This document shows positions 27,940 through 37,443 of a stretch of 64,000 nt of DNA, in pieces. Origin of the DNA: Candidatus Multivorans sp. (GTDB taxonomy: Bacteria > Acidobacteriota > Thermoanaerobaculia > Multivoradales > Multivoraceae). The notes under the pieces are model-generated. The model ran no database searches. It saw nothing but the letters and a program-made list of their open reading frames with translations, and was not told the origin of the DNA. A program made the position numbers and the translations under genes. The stretch is taken from assembly GCA_965224025.1 (NCBI GenBank), contig OZ245033.1, positions 608,001-672,000 of the forward strand. The letters run 5' to 3'. How positions within the stretch are numbered: position 1 is the first letter of the stretch; the number at the start of each line of letters is the position of its first letter.

Positions 27940-29401
27940 CCCTGGAGCCGCGCCAGTGGGTGCGCCGGCGCCGTCGGCGGCATCCGCTCGCAGCGACGCT
28001 ATGTTGGTTGCAGCAGCGAGTATCGCCGGCACCGGCGCCGTACCTGTCGGTGCGCGGGCCTTCTGGCCCGCATCCGGTTCCGCTCCGGCTCCTCGCAATC
28101 GCCTTCGCAGTCGCCGCCACCCTTGCCGCCTGCACCCCCGACCAACCCGCCATCGACGGTGCCGGCACAATCACCATCGCCGGCGCCACCCTGATCGACG
28201 GCACCGGCGCGCCGCCGATCGAAGACGCCGTCGTCATCGTCCGCGGCGACCGGATCGAGCGCGCCGGCGCAGCGGCCGATGTCGCGGTTCCCGAGGGCGG
28301 CGAAGTGATCGACGCTACCGGCAAGTTCCTGATCCCCGGTTTGGTCGACCTCCACAACCACTACCGCGACGGCTTGGAGGAATGGGCGTGGGCATTGCAG
28401 CGCCACTCCGGCGTCCTGACCGCCCGCAGTCTCGGCTCCGACCACGGCGGCACCCCGGCGATGATCGCCCAGGCGCGGGCCGGCAACGTCCCGGCGCCGC
28501 GCATCTTCACCGCCGGGGTCGGTTTCTCGCACCCCGAAGGCTTCCCGCCGGGCAAGCGGGGCCCGGCCACCGAAGACGAGGCCCGCGAGATGGTGCGCGA
28601 GCTCGCCGCCGGGGAAGTCGACCTGATCAAGATGTGGGTCGACACCTTCCTCGACACGCGCCCGAAGATCGAGCCCGGGATCCGCGCGGCGATCGCCGAC
28701 GAGGCGGCGCAGCACGGCATCCCGGTTTCGGCGCACGTGTTCTTTGAAGACGACGTCTGGCAACTGGTCGACGCCGGGGTCCGGTCCTTCGTCCACGGCG
28801 TGCGCGACCAGGAGATCGACGACGAGTTCGTGCGGATGGCGCAGGAGAACGAACTCTCCTTCGCACCCGCGCTGGGCCAGGCGAAGACCACCTGGTACGT
28901 CGCCGAGCACCCGGAACTGCTGGACGATCCGGAACTCGTGGCCGGTCTCCAGCCGCCGCTGCTGGAACGCCTCCGCGACCCGGAGTACCGGGCCGGCATG
29001 CTCGCCAGCGACAACACCGGCAAGCGCCGCGTCGCCTTCGACTACGTGACGAAGTTCGTCCGTCGGCTGATCGAAGCCGGAGTCACCATCACGGTCGGCT
29101 CCGACAGCGGCGCCGGCAACATCGCCTACGGCTGGGGCACCCACCACGAGCTGGAAGCCCTGGTCGAGGACGGCGGTCTGACACCGCTCCAGGCCCTCGC
29201 CGCCGCGGGTGCCAACGCCGCTGGCGTCCTTACCGACGACCCCGACTTCGGGTCGATTGCCGAGAGCAAGGCCGCGGACCTGATTCTATTTCAGCCGATC
29301 CCGTGGCCGACATCCGCAACACGACGCAGATCGAGCGCGTGATGCAGGCGGGCGTGTGGCTTGAACGCGGGTTGCCCTCGTTCTCGGAACCGGCGGAATA
29401 G
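27936..29401 (+). CDS. Amidohydrolase-family lipoprotein (as assembled stops at 29342; frameshift near 29290)
   Basis: IDATGKFLIPGLVDLHNH, IKMW, AH, SFVH, GSDSG, GSIAESKAADLI. The expected tail ADPVADIRNTTQIERVMQAG lies in another frame, ending TAG 29401. Confidence 0.88.
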
Positions 29402-29562
29402 CAGCGGCTCAGCCCTGGCGACGACGTCCGTCCCTCGGAACCCGAGTGGCGCGATACCGCGCTACCCGCGAACCAGTTCGTGTGCCCGTCATCGGGCGCA
29501 CGAATGGAACCCGGGAATCCTGCCCGCATCCGGCGCCGAACGCCGGTCTGGTTGGAGACGGT

Positions 29563-30735
29563 CTAGACATGGTCGTTCCCCAGCCGCACCTCGAACACCC
29601 GCAACGTGGGAACCCGCCAATCCGGCGTATGGCTCACGACGTAGACCTGCCGCCGGTCGTCCATGGCGAGGACGGCGTGGTCGAGTCCGTCCTCGAGCAT
29701 CTCCCGGGTCAGAAGGTCGCTCTGCAGGCGGTGGAGCAGTTCGCCGTCGGGCGAGAACGTCTGCATGAGGATCGCGTCGTGCCCTTGATCGAGCCGAACC
29801 CGCAGGAACTGGACCAAGGAACCGCCGCGGGTCGAGAACAGGCCCAGGCTCCTGTGGACGGCCTCGTAGCGAGTGAAGCCGGATCTCGAATAGACGGTGA
29901 CCGCGGCTTTCGATGAAGAATGGCGCGGCGGCGTTGTGGCGCCTCCTTCTATTGCCGGCCGCGGTACGGACAGCGTTTTCGGCGCACTTTTCGTAGTCCC
30001 CAAGTGCTGCAGAGCGGGTCCGGGGGGCTGGTACCCGGTCACGACTCCGCGGAAACGCCACGGGCTGTTCCGGCTCTCCTGGCCGAACAGGTAGATGCTG
30101 CCTTCGTAGTAGGCGGGCGAGTACGCGATCTGGACACTGCCGACTGGAGTGAACGATCCCTTGTTCGAGGAGGCCCGGAAGTGGAGCCCGGGCGTCGGCT
30201 GCTGGTTCAGGGAGAGTTCGGCCGATCCGAACTCGGCTTCGAGTTCCAGCGCCGCCCGGCTTGCCTGGTGGAACAGGAGCCCGCGGGCGTTCAGGTCCGG
30301 TTGGGGCGCATGGGTCCTTGGGGTGCTGTTGTAGAGCAGTAGCAGGGAGTCGGGGCCCCATGGCTTGAGTCGGCTGACGTGCTGGGCGTCCTCGGGAAGA
30401 GTCAGCTCACCGAGGAAGTCTCCAGCGGTTGACCACGAGGACAGTGCGCCCCTCGCGTTGTCGACGATCGCCAGTTCGTCAGGGCCGACGAGCGACATCG
30501 GGCCGATGGCTAGGAACTGGCCCGGATCCCGGCCGCGGGCTCCGAACCGCCGCAACGGCCGGCCGCCACCATCGAACGCCTTGACCGTCATGCTCGCCAT
30601 ATCGGCGACGTAGACGTGGCCGCGACGGTCCACTGTGATCGCGGACGGGTTGCCGAGAACGAAGCCGGGCTCGGAGTCGCTTCCGATCCGTGCCTTCTCC
30701 TCGAGGAAGTCGCCGCGGCCGTCCGGTTCGGTCAT
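29563..30735 (-). CDS. 6-bladed beta-propeller (NHL-like) protein
   Basis: NPSAITVDRRGHVYVAD..VKAFDGGG..RRFGARGRDPGQF NHL-type repeat. Confidence 0.75.
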   Translation of the reverse strand: MTEPDGRGDFLEEKARIGSDSEPGFVLGNPSAITVDRRGHVYVADMASMTVKAFDGGGRPLRRFGARGRDPGQFLAIGPMSLVGPDELAIVDNARGALSSWSTAGDFLGELTLPEDAQHVSRLKPWGPDSLLLLYNSTPRTHAPQPDLNARGLLFHQASRAALELEAEFGSAELSLNQQPTPGLHFRASSNKGSFTPVGSVQIAYSPAYYEGSIYLFGQESRNSPWRFRGVVTGYQPPGPALQHLGTTKSAPKTLSVPRPAIEGGATTPPRHSSSKAAVTVYSRSGFTRYEAVHRSLGLFSTRGGSLVQFLRVRLDQGHDAILMQTFSPDGELLHRLQSDLLTREMLEDGLDHAVLAMDDRRQVYVVSHTPDWRVPTLRVFEVRLGNDHV

Positions 30736-31367
30736 TGCTTGAGGATCTTCTCGATCAGAGCTTTCTTCGACGCAACGGGAACAGGGCCCAGCCCCCGGTT
30801 TGCCACCAGCACCCGCACGACGGCCCGGCCACTGGCGGTGTTCGCCACGACCATCTGCCCGAAGTTGCGGTTGCCCTGGAAGTCCGTGAGCAGGCTCTCG
30901 AGCTCGGAAGACGCACGGATCAGGGTGGGCAGATCGATCTCGTGGGCCAGAAGAAACCGCTCTACCTGGTCTTTGTCGTCTTCCAACATCAGGAGCACGG
31001 AGGCGATCCGGCCGCCCGTGATGTCGCGAAACATCCGGTCGAACTCGACCGGGTCGTTGAAGTCCGCCGAATGCGACTGCCGGTTTGCGGTGAAGACCGC
31101 GAGGAACGGCGGGACCTTCGCGAGGGGCGGGTGCTTTCCTACCGGTTTCAGCCCGAGGATTTCACTGGCACGGAGCGGCTCGTCGATCCACTCGTAGTCG
31201 ACTGCGATGAGGTCTTGGCGGTCATCCCCATCGTCGGGATCGGAGTCCGGGCCGGAGGAGATGCCCTGCCTGGTTGAGACCCACCGGGAGCGAGCGATGG
31301 CGGCGATCAGTGCGCAGACGGAGAGGAGGCCGAGAAGAACCGGTAGGAGTTGGTCAAGGCTCGACAC
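30732..31367 (-). CDS. Hypothetical membrane-anchored protein
   Basis: N-terminal TM segment. The stop overlaps the next start (ATGA). No motif recognised. Confidence 0.6.
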   Translation of the reverse strand: MSSLDQLLPVLLGLLSVCALIAAIARSRWVSTRQGISSGPDSDPDDGDDRQDLIAVDYEWIDEPLRASEILGLKPVGKHPPLAKVPPFLAVFTANRQSHSADFNDPVEFDRMFRDITGGRIASVLLMLEDDKDQVERFLLAHEIDLPTLIRASSELESLLTDFQGNRNFGQMVVANTASGRAVVRVLVANRGLGPVPVASKKALIEKILKQ

Positions 31368-31385
31368 TCTGTTCGGCGCGGCTTC

Positions 31386-32837
31386 CTACCGGCACTCCGC
31401 CGACATCACCTCCGACTCGATGATCACGCCGCAGATGTGGCTCGTGTACTCGAAGGGATCGCCGTCGAAGAGGGCGAGGTCGGCGTCCTTGCCGACTTCG
31501 ATCGAGCCGACCCGGTCGTCGATGCCGAGGATGCGGGCCGGGCTCAGAGTGATCGCTTCGAGCGCGCGCTCCTGGCCGAGGCCGTTGGCGGCGGCGATGG
31601 CGGCTTCCCAGAGCAGGACGCGGGTCTTCGGGACGTAGCCCTCGAAACCGGTCTGGAGCGCGAACGGGATGCCGGCGTCGGCGAACTGGGCGGCGGTTTC
31701 GTAGGAACCGTTGCGCACCCGGCTCATCGTCGCGTGGAGGACGACGGGCACGCCGGCCTCGCGGATCTCGTCGAGCAGCAGGTAGGACTCGGCGGCGCCG
31801 TCGAGCACGAGGTCGAAGCCGAACTCGCGCTGCAAGCGCATGGCGGCGGCGATCTCAGGCACGGTGTTGGCGGTGATCAGCAGCGACAGCTCGCCTTCCA
31901 GGACTTGGCCCAGGGCCTCCTTGGCGAGGTCGCGTGCCGGCGGCTGCGGGGCGGGCTTCTCGTCGCCGTCATGGTGACCCTCGGAGTCCTCGTCGTCGCC
32001 GTCGTCGTTTGACGACACTGCGTCACCGGATTGTTCGGCCCCAGGGCCCTCGGATGCGGGCAGGATGCCCGCGTTCCCAGGGTCCTCCGCCTTGCGCACC
32101 TGCTCCATGTACGCCTGAGCGCCGATCAGGGCGCTTCGCAGCATCGCCACGCCCTTGGAAGACGTCCCCGGCGACTGGAAGTTGGAGGACACCGCGTTGC
32201 CGAGCGTGGAAGCGAGCATGCGCGCGGGCACGAGGGTCGCTTCATCTACGTTCCGGCCGCGGGTCTTGGCGATCATCGTCTGGCCGCTGACGAGAGCCCC
32301 GGGGCCGTGGCCGGTGTGCAGCGTCGTGACGCCGTAGGAGCGCACCCACTCGACCAGGGTTTCGTTTGCGTCATAGGCGTCGATCGCGCGCAGGTCGGGC
32401 TGGATCGGCGACGACCGTTCGAGCTGGTCCTGGTCGCGGACCGGGCCGACGTTGCTGTTCAGCGCCCCGGAGAGGCCGACCACCGAGTGTGGGTCGACCA
32501 GGCCGGGGGTGACGACGGCGGCTTCCAGAACGTCGACGCCGTCGGGGATGTTCGCGTCGGCGGCCGGGCCGACCCATTCGATCTTGCCGTCCGCGCCGGC
32601 GATGACGACGGCGTTTTCAATCGGCGGTCCGGACACGGTGTGCAGGATGCCCGCCCGAACCGCAACCTGAGCGGCAGCGGTGCTGCCGGCCAGAATCGTC
32701 AGGGCGGCAGTCGCCAGGAGCGTTCGCGGCGTGTTCGCTGCGCTGTTGCGCAGGGAACGCCGGGCATGCGGATGCGGGCAGGATGCCCGCGTTCCCAGGG
32801 GGCGGAACTTGTTCCAGGCAAGCGCTGTGCGCTTCAT
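31386..32837 (-). CDS. Amidohydrolase-family protein
   Basis: VTPGLVDPHSVVG, GVTT, ITLSPARILGIDDRVGSIEVGKDADLALFDGDP. Confidence 0.92.
   Translation of the reverse strand: MKRTALAWNKFRPLGTRASCPHPHARRSLRNSAANTPRTLLATAALTILAGSTAAAQVAVRAGILHTVSGPPIENAVVIAGADGKIEWVGPAADANIPDGVDVLEAAVVTPGLVDPHSVVGLSGALNSNVGPVRDQDQLERSSPIQPDLRAIDAYDANETLVEWVRSYGVTTLHTGHGPGALVSGQTMIAKTRGRNVDEATLVPARMLASTLGNAVSSNFQSPGTSSKGVAMLRSALIGAQAYMEQVRKAEDPGNAGILPASEGPGAEQSGDAVSSNDDGDDEDSEGHHDGDEKPAPQPPARDLAKEALGQVLEGELSLLITANTVPEIAAAMRLQREFGFDLVLDGAAESYLLLDEIREAGVPVVLHATMSRVRNGSYETAAQFADAGIPFALQTGFEGYVPKTRVLLWEAAIAAANGLGQERALEAITLSPARILGIDDRVGSIEVGKDADLALFDGDPFEYTSHICGVIIESEVMSAECR
32051..32082. repeat. REP-like palindrome inside a coding sequence
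   Basis: CGGATGCGGGCAGGATGCCCGCGTTCCCAGGG, identical to 32769-32800. Confidence 0.85.
32769..32800. repeat. REP-like palindrome in the 5' coding region
   Basis: Identical 32-mer to 32051-32082. Near-identical inverted copy at 62212-62244. Confidence 0.85.
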
Positions 32838-34186
32838 CGTGTCTCTCCCCCGAGCAACTGCCGGGTCATCTCTTCTTCCTCTGCCGTGGTCCGGTAGACC
32901 TTGTAGCCGCCGACCGCGTACTTGCGGTGGTCCGGGTTCGAGCGGTCGTAGATCATCGTTCCCTCGACCCAGGTCTGCTCGACCTTCGAGTAGACGCTGA
33001 GCGGGTCACCGGAGAGGACGATGAAGTCCGCGTCCTTGCCGATTTCGAGCGAGCCGATCCGGTCCTCCAGGCCGAGCATCCGCGCCGGGGCCAGGGTCAG
33101 GCCCTCGATTGCCTTCTCGCGCGACATGCCGTAGCGGACGGCGATCGCGGCGGCCCGGAACAGGAGCCGGGAGTCGGTCACGGAGTCGTCCGTGTTGAAG
33201 GCGACGTCGACTCCGGCCTGTTCGAGCAGGGCGCCCATCTCCATGTTCCAGTCGATCACCTCTTCCTTGCCGCCCGGAGAGTCGATCCAGGTGATCGAAA
33301 CCGGCACGCCGGCCGCCGCGAGTTCCTCGGCGACTTTCCACGACTCCGTGCCGTGCTGCACGACGACCCGGAACCCGAACTCCTCCTTGAGCCGCAAGAC
33401 GGTGGCGATGTCGTTGTGGCGGTGGGTGTGGTGCTGGACGATCCGGTCGCCCGCCAGCACCTGGGCCAGCGCCTCCATGCGCAGGTCGCGCCTGGCCGGC
33501 TCGCTGCCCTCTTCGTCCTCTTCTTCGCTCGCTTCCGCCTCGGCCATCTTCTCCCGGTACTCGACCGCCTCGTGGTAGAGGTTGCGCACCAGAGCCGCCG
33601 ACTTGGAGCGCGTGCCCGGGAAGGGCGGCGAGCCGATCGAGTTCGTGCCGTTCGCCATCTTCATGCCGCCGCAGATGCCGTTGATCGGGTCGTCGCAGTA
33701 GAGCCAGTCCTCGATCGTGCGGGCGCCGTCGCGGAGCTTGACGTAGGCGGTCTGCCCGGACATCAGGTGCCCTGAGCCCGACATGATGTTCAGCGTCGTG
33801 ATGCCGCCGGATCGGGCGCGCCAGATGCTGTCCGCGGCGACGTCGATCGAGTCGAGGTTCCTCACGTCCGGGTGGAGCGGCGCGGATCGGTCGCCCCCGG
33901 ATACCGAGCCGACGTGAGAGTGGGTGTCGACGAGGCCCGGCATGAGGACCTTGCCCGAAACGTCGTGCTCGACCGCCCCGCGCGGCGTGCGGGTGTCGGG
34001 GCCGCCGACGTCGACGATCTTGCCGCCCTGGACCACCAGGACGCCGCCGTCGATCGGCGGACCGGCGATGGGCAGCAGCCGGGCGCCGCGGAGTACGTGG
34101 GGGTCCTCCTGGGCGGTTGCGGGTATCGCGGCACCGAGTGCCGATAGCGCAACGCCGAACAGGAACGTGGCGGGGTGTCTTCTCAT
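32834..34186 (-). CDS. Amidohydrolase-family protein
   Basis: Signal peptide ATA-Q, MPGLVDTHSHVG, KMANGTN, QHHTHR, GSLEIGKDADF. Confidence 0.93.
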   Translation of the reverse strand: MRRHPATFLFGVALSALGAAIPATAQEDPHVLRGARLLPIAGPPIDGGVLVVQGGKIVDVGGPDTRTPRGAVEHDVSGKVLMPGLVDTHSHVGSVSGGDRSAPLHPDVRNLDSIDVAADSIWRARSGGITTLNIMSGSGHLMSGQTAYVKLRDGARTIEDWLYCDDPINGICGGMKMANGTNSIGSPPFPGTRSKSAALVRNLYHEAVEYREKMAEAEASEEEDEEGSEPARRDLRMEALAQVLAGDRIVQHHTHRHNDIATVLRLKEEFGFRVVVQHGTESWKVAEELAAAGVPVSITWIDSPGGKEEVIDWNMEMGALLEQAGVDVAFNTDDSVTDSRLLFRAAAIAVRYGMSREKAIEGLTLAPARMLGLEDRIGSLEIGKDADFIVLSGDPLSVYSKVEQTWVEGTMIYDRSNPDHRKYAVGGYKVYRTTAEEEEMTRQLLGGETR

Positions 34187-34318
34187 ACGGGTTCCTCGAG
34201 TGGGTGGGACTGGCGTTTGCGAGTCCGAGCCTTTAGCGGCACAGACTGGGCGCGGCACCCTCGCCGGCTGCCGCCGCGGGCGGCCAGGTAGACGCGCCGC
34301 GGAGCGGCGACGATACCG

Positions 34319-35539
34319 CTAGCGGCGGAAGGACGGATCAAGGTCGATACGGTACACCGCCTCGCGCGGGCGGTCGCCGTTCCGGCTGCCGCCCCAGAGG
34401 ACGTGGACGGCGATCTGATCGCCGCGTGGGCTCCACGCCAGGTCGCCGACGTAGGTGTGGCCGAGGCTGTACTCGGATGCCGGGTCGTTGAAGAAGGTGA
34501 GCCGGCGCTTGTTCGAACCGTCCGCGTCCATCAGCCACAGTTCACGGCGGGCGGCAGGCGGCACGATCTGATCGGGCTCCGTGCCGCGGATCTCCGCGTT
34601 CGAGGTGAAGGCCAGGTGGCGGCCGGTCGGCGACAGGCGGGCGTACTCGTCGGCGCCGCCTCGTGAATGAGTGAGACGTTCGGGCTCGCCGCCGTCGAAA
34701 CGCAGCCGGTAGAGGTCGAGGGTGTCGGGCGACTGCCCGGGTTCGAGGTTCGCCGCGACCAGGGCCCCGCGGTCGTCGGGTGTGTAGCCCTGGGGAACGA
34801 TCAGCGCGTCGGCGGACACCGGGTGCGACTGGATCCGGCGCAGTTTGGGGATGCCGCTCCGGTTGATCTGGTACTGGGCGCTGCGCAATTGCCAGGCGCC
34901 GTAGCGGCCCTTGCGCGCCTTCATCCGCTCGCTCCAGAGCAGCCGGCCGCTGTCGAACGCGAAGTGGGGGTCGAGCACCGCCGAACCGCTCGCCGCGAAC
35001 CGGGTGAGCAGGGTGAAGTGCTTGCCCTTGCGATCGATGTCGTAGAGCTCGCTGTGGACGCTCCGGTCGGGGGTCAGGAGCTGCAACGGATCGGCCACGA
35101 ACTTGAGCCGCTTGGGGCGGCTCTGCACCTGGACGACCAGCCGCTCGCCCGAGGTGTGCCACACCGGGTTCATCGCGTTGTCCTTGCGCAGCGCGTACAT
35201 GTCGCAGGTCAGGCAGCGCTCGGAGAGGCGGTCCGTGGACGTGACGTAGACGTCGTAGCGGCCGTCTTCTCCGGCCTTGTCGTAGGCCAGCCACTCGCCC
35301 TGGCGCGACCAGTCGACACGGGCGCCGCCGTCGATCCAGCGCTCGATGCGAATTACCTCCGGGGCTTCCGGGTCCGCTGCTCTCGCCGGCGCCGCGGCGC
35401 CGGCGAGAGCAGCCGCCAGAGCAAGCTTGACGGCGATGACGAGCAGGGTGACGAGGCCGCCCAGGACGCCCGCGTCGCCGATCGCCAGAGATGAACTCCA
35501 AGCCTTCGGAGGACGCTCGCGAACGGATGCTCTGACCAT
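34319..35539 (-). CDS. TolB-like (PD40) beta-propeller protein
   Basis: DWSRQGEWLAY, NPVWHTSG, LSPTGRHLAFTS, LWLMDADGSNKRRLT, AWSPRGDQI. Start uncertain. Confidence 0.85.
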   Translation of the reverse strand: MVRASVRERPPKAWSSSLAIGDAGVLGGLVTLLVIAVKLALAAALAGAAAPARAADPEAPEVIRIERWIDGGARVDWSRQGEWLAYDKAGEDGRYDVYVTSTDRLSERCLTCDMYALRKDNAMNPVWHTSGERLVVQVQSRPKRLKFVADPLQLLTPDRSVHSELYDIDRKGKHFTLLTRFAASGSAVLDPHFAFDSGRLLWSERMKARKGRYGAWQLRSAQYQINRSGIPKLRRIQSHPVSADALIVPQGYTPDDRGALVAANLEPGQSPDTLDLYRLRFDGGEPERLTHSRGGADEYARLSPTGRHLAFTSNAEIRGTEPDQIVPPAARRELWLMDADGSNKRRLTFFNDPASEYSLGHTYVGDLAWSPRGDQIAVHVLWGGSRNGDRPREAVYRIDLDPSFRR

Positions 35540-35665
35540 CGGAGGCAGACTACCAGCGGGTGGCGCGGTCGCCCCGGTGGTACGGGAAGAACGCACCGTA
35601 GTCCGAAGCTCGAGGCGCCGCCCGCGCGGGGCGCGCCGTGGCGCGCTGCTAGCGTCTTCCGCATC

Positions 35666-36793
35666 ATGGGCAACGATGCCGGGTCCCGGCCGCGAGCCGG
35701 CTTCGCCGTTCCGATCCTCCTCGCCCTCTGGATCGTCGGTTCGGCGCCCTTCCTGGGCCGTTTGACCCGATGGATTCAGGAGGAGGTCGATCGTTCGCTC
35801 CTGGTCATCGTGCCGGCAATCCTGTTCTGGATCGCGGCGGCGGCCTTCGTCGTCTGGGTGGTTCGTTCCAGAAGCTGGCTGCGGTGGACGAACTACGGCG
35901 CGCTCGCCGTCGGGGCGGTCTGGGCCGCGGTGCAGGCGACGGCGATGGCCCGGGGGCGCCCCGAGGAGTCGGCGCTCGAACGGATGCACCTCGTGCTGTA
36001 CGGGCTCGTCGCCTTGCTGCTCTACCGCGCCTTCCTCCGCGGCGGCCGGTCCGCCATCGCTGCGGCGTTCTCGACTGCCGTTCTGACCTCGCTGGTCGGC
36101 GTCGCGGACGAGTTCGTGCAGTGGCTCGTCTGGGTCCGCGTAGGCGACTTCCATGACTGTCTGCTCAACGCCTCGGCCGCCGGCTGCGGCGTCGTGTTCG
36201 GCACCGGCCTGTTCGGGTTCGACACCCGGCCGCCTGCGCTCGCGGAACGGCGGACCATCGCCGCACTGTGGGTTGTCCTCGTCGCTGCGTCAGTGGGCCT
36301 CGTCGACCTGACGAACCTCGGCCACCTCATCTCCGACCCGGAACTCGGGCGCTTCCGCAGCTACTACGGCGCTGAGCGGCTCGAACGCCTGAACGAGAAT
36401 CGCCGCGCCCGCTGGGCCACGGAACCGCCGCGCATGCCGCCCTTTCAGCCCTGGCACATTGAGGACCACTTCCTGTCGGAAGCCGCGTGGCACGTCCAGG
36501 CCCGAAACGAGGCCTTCGACGCCGAAGACTGGCCCACCGCCGCCGCCGAAGAGGCGATCCTCAACCGGTACTACCCGGCCGTGCTGGAACTCCGCACGCC
36601 CGACGGTCCCGCGCGCTATGCGTACTCGGAGGCGAGCTTGCTGCGGTTGGAGCAGGAGGGCGTGGCCCCGGTTCCGAGCTACGTCAGCGCTGCCAGCGGC
36701 AGCCGGATCTGGATCTGGCCACGCTTCGTCGTCTTGGGTCTGGTCGTGCTAGCGGTCGGCCTCGGTTCGCTGGTTCTTGGACGCTGGGACTGA
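35666..36793 (+). CDS. VanZ-like multi-pass membrane protein
   Basis: ERMHLVLYG, GVADEFVQWLV..RVGDFHD.LLN VanZ-type motifs. Confidence 0.75.
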   Translation: MGNDAGSRPRAGFAVPILLALWIVGSAPFLGRLTRWIQEEVDRSLLVIVPAILFWIAAAAFVVWVVRSRSWLRWTNYGALAVGAVWAAVQATAMARGRPEESALERMHLVLYGLVALLLYRAFLRGGRSAIAAAFSTAVLTSLVGVADEFVQWLVWVRVGDFHDCLLNASAAGCGVVFGTGLFGFDTRPPALAERRTIAALWVVLVAASVGLVDLTNLGHLISDPELGRFRSYYGAERLERLNENRRARWATEPPRMPPFQPWHIEDHFLSEAAWHVQARNEAFDAEDWPTAAAEEAILNRYYPAVLELRTPDGPARYAYSEASLLRLEQEGVAPVPSYVSAASGSRIWIWPRFVVLGLVVLAVGLGSLVLGRWD

Positions 36794-36840
36794 TTGGGAT
36801 GACTCTCTCTCTCTCTCCGCGCTTGTCGGGTCTGCTAAGG

Positions 36841-37398
36841 TGGAATTGCCCCGTTTCCGTGGACAGTTTGTGTCTAGGGAATCAGGCAGTCTCTTGGTAC
36901 GCGCGTTCTCGAAGTTGACGGGAGACCGGTGTCCGATGGCGGAGTGTCTCCGTATCGGGTTGTACCAGCCCTCGATGTAGCGGAAGATCTCCGCTTGGGC
37001 TTCGGCGTGGTTGCAGAAGGCGGTGCGGTCGATCAGCTCGCATTCGAGGCTGGCGATCCTTCCGGCCCGTGTCCCGAGCGAACCAGGCCGTGGCTCTTGC
37101 CAGGATCTTCCGCTCCTCGCGCAGCCGGCGAACCTCGCGCCGCAGCCGGCGCAACTCCTCACGCTCCGCCGTCGTGCTGCCGTCACTCCGGCGCCCGTCA
37201 TCACGGTCCGCCCGTGCAACTCAGTTGCGGACCGACTGCGCTGAAGGCTCGAACTCGCGGGCTACGTGGTCCGGGCTACGCCCGGACCAGATCCACAGCC
37301 TGCTGTCGGTACTCTGCCGGGTACCGGCTCCTTCTTCTCGACGTCGTGGACATCGCCTCCTCCAAGGATGAAGTGTCCACGAAACCGGGGCAGGCTCA
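36841..37398 (-). mobile_element. Internally deleted IS3-family element (558 bp)
   Basis: TG...CA imperfect 25-bp IRs (36841-36865 and 37374-37398). orfA is decayed (YPAEYRQQAVDLV..AREFEPSAQ..EELRRLRRE, with a frameshift and TGA) and is joined to the orfB tail (IFRYIEGWYNPIRRHSAIG). Confidence 0.88.
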
Positions 37399-37443
37399 CG
37401 GCTGAAGGTCAAGGGAGAGTCTCAACGAACTAGGGGAAAGTAG

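Noticed and set aside
36803-36817. (CT)7 microsatellite
   Set aside because: Intergenic, after a stop codon, with no evident regulatory role.
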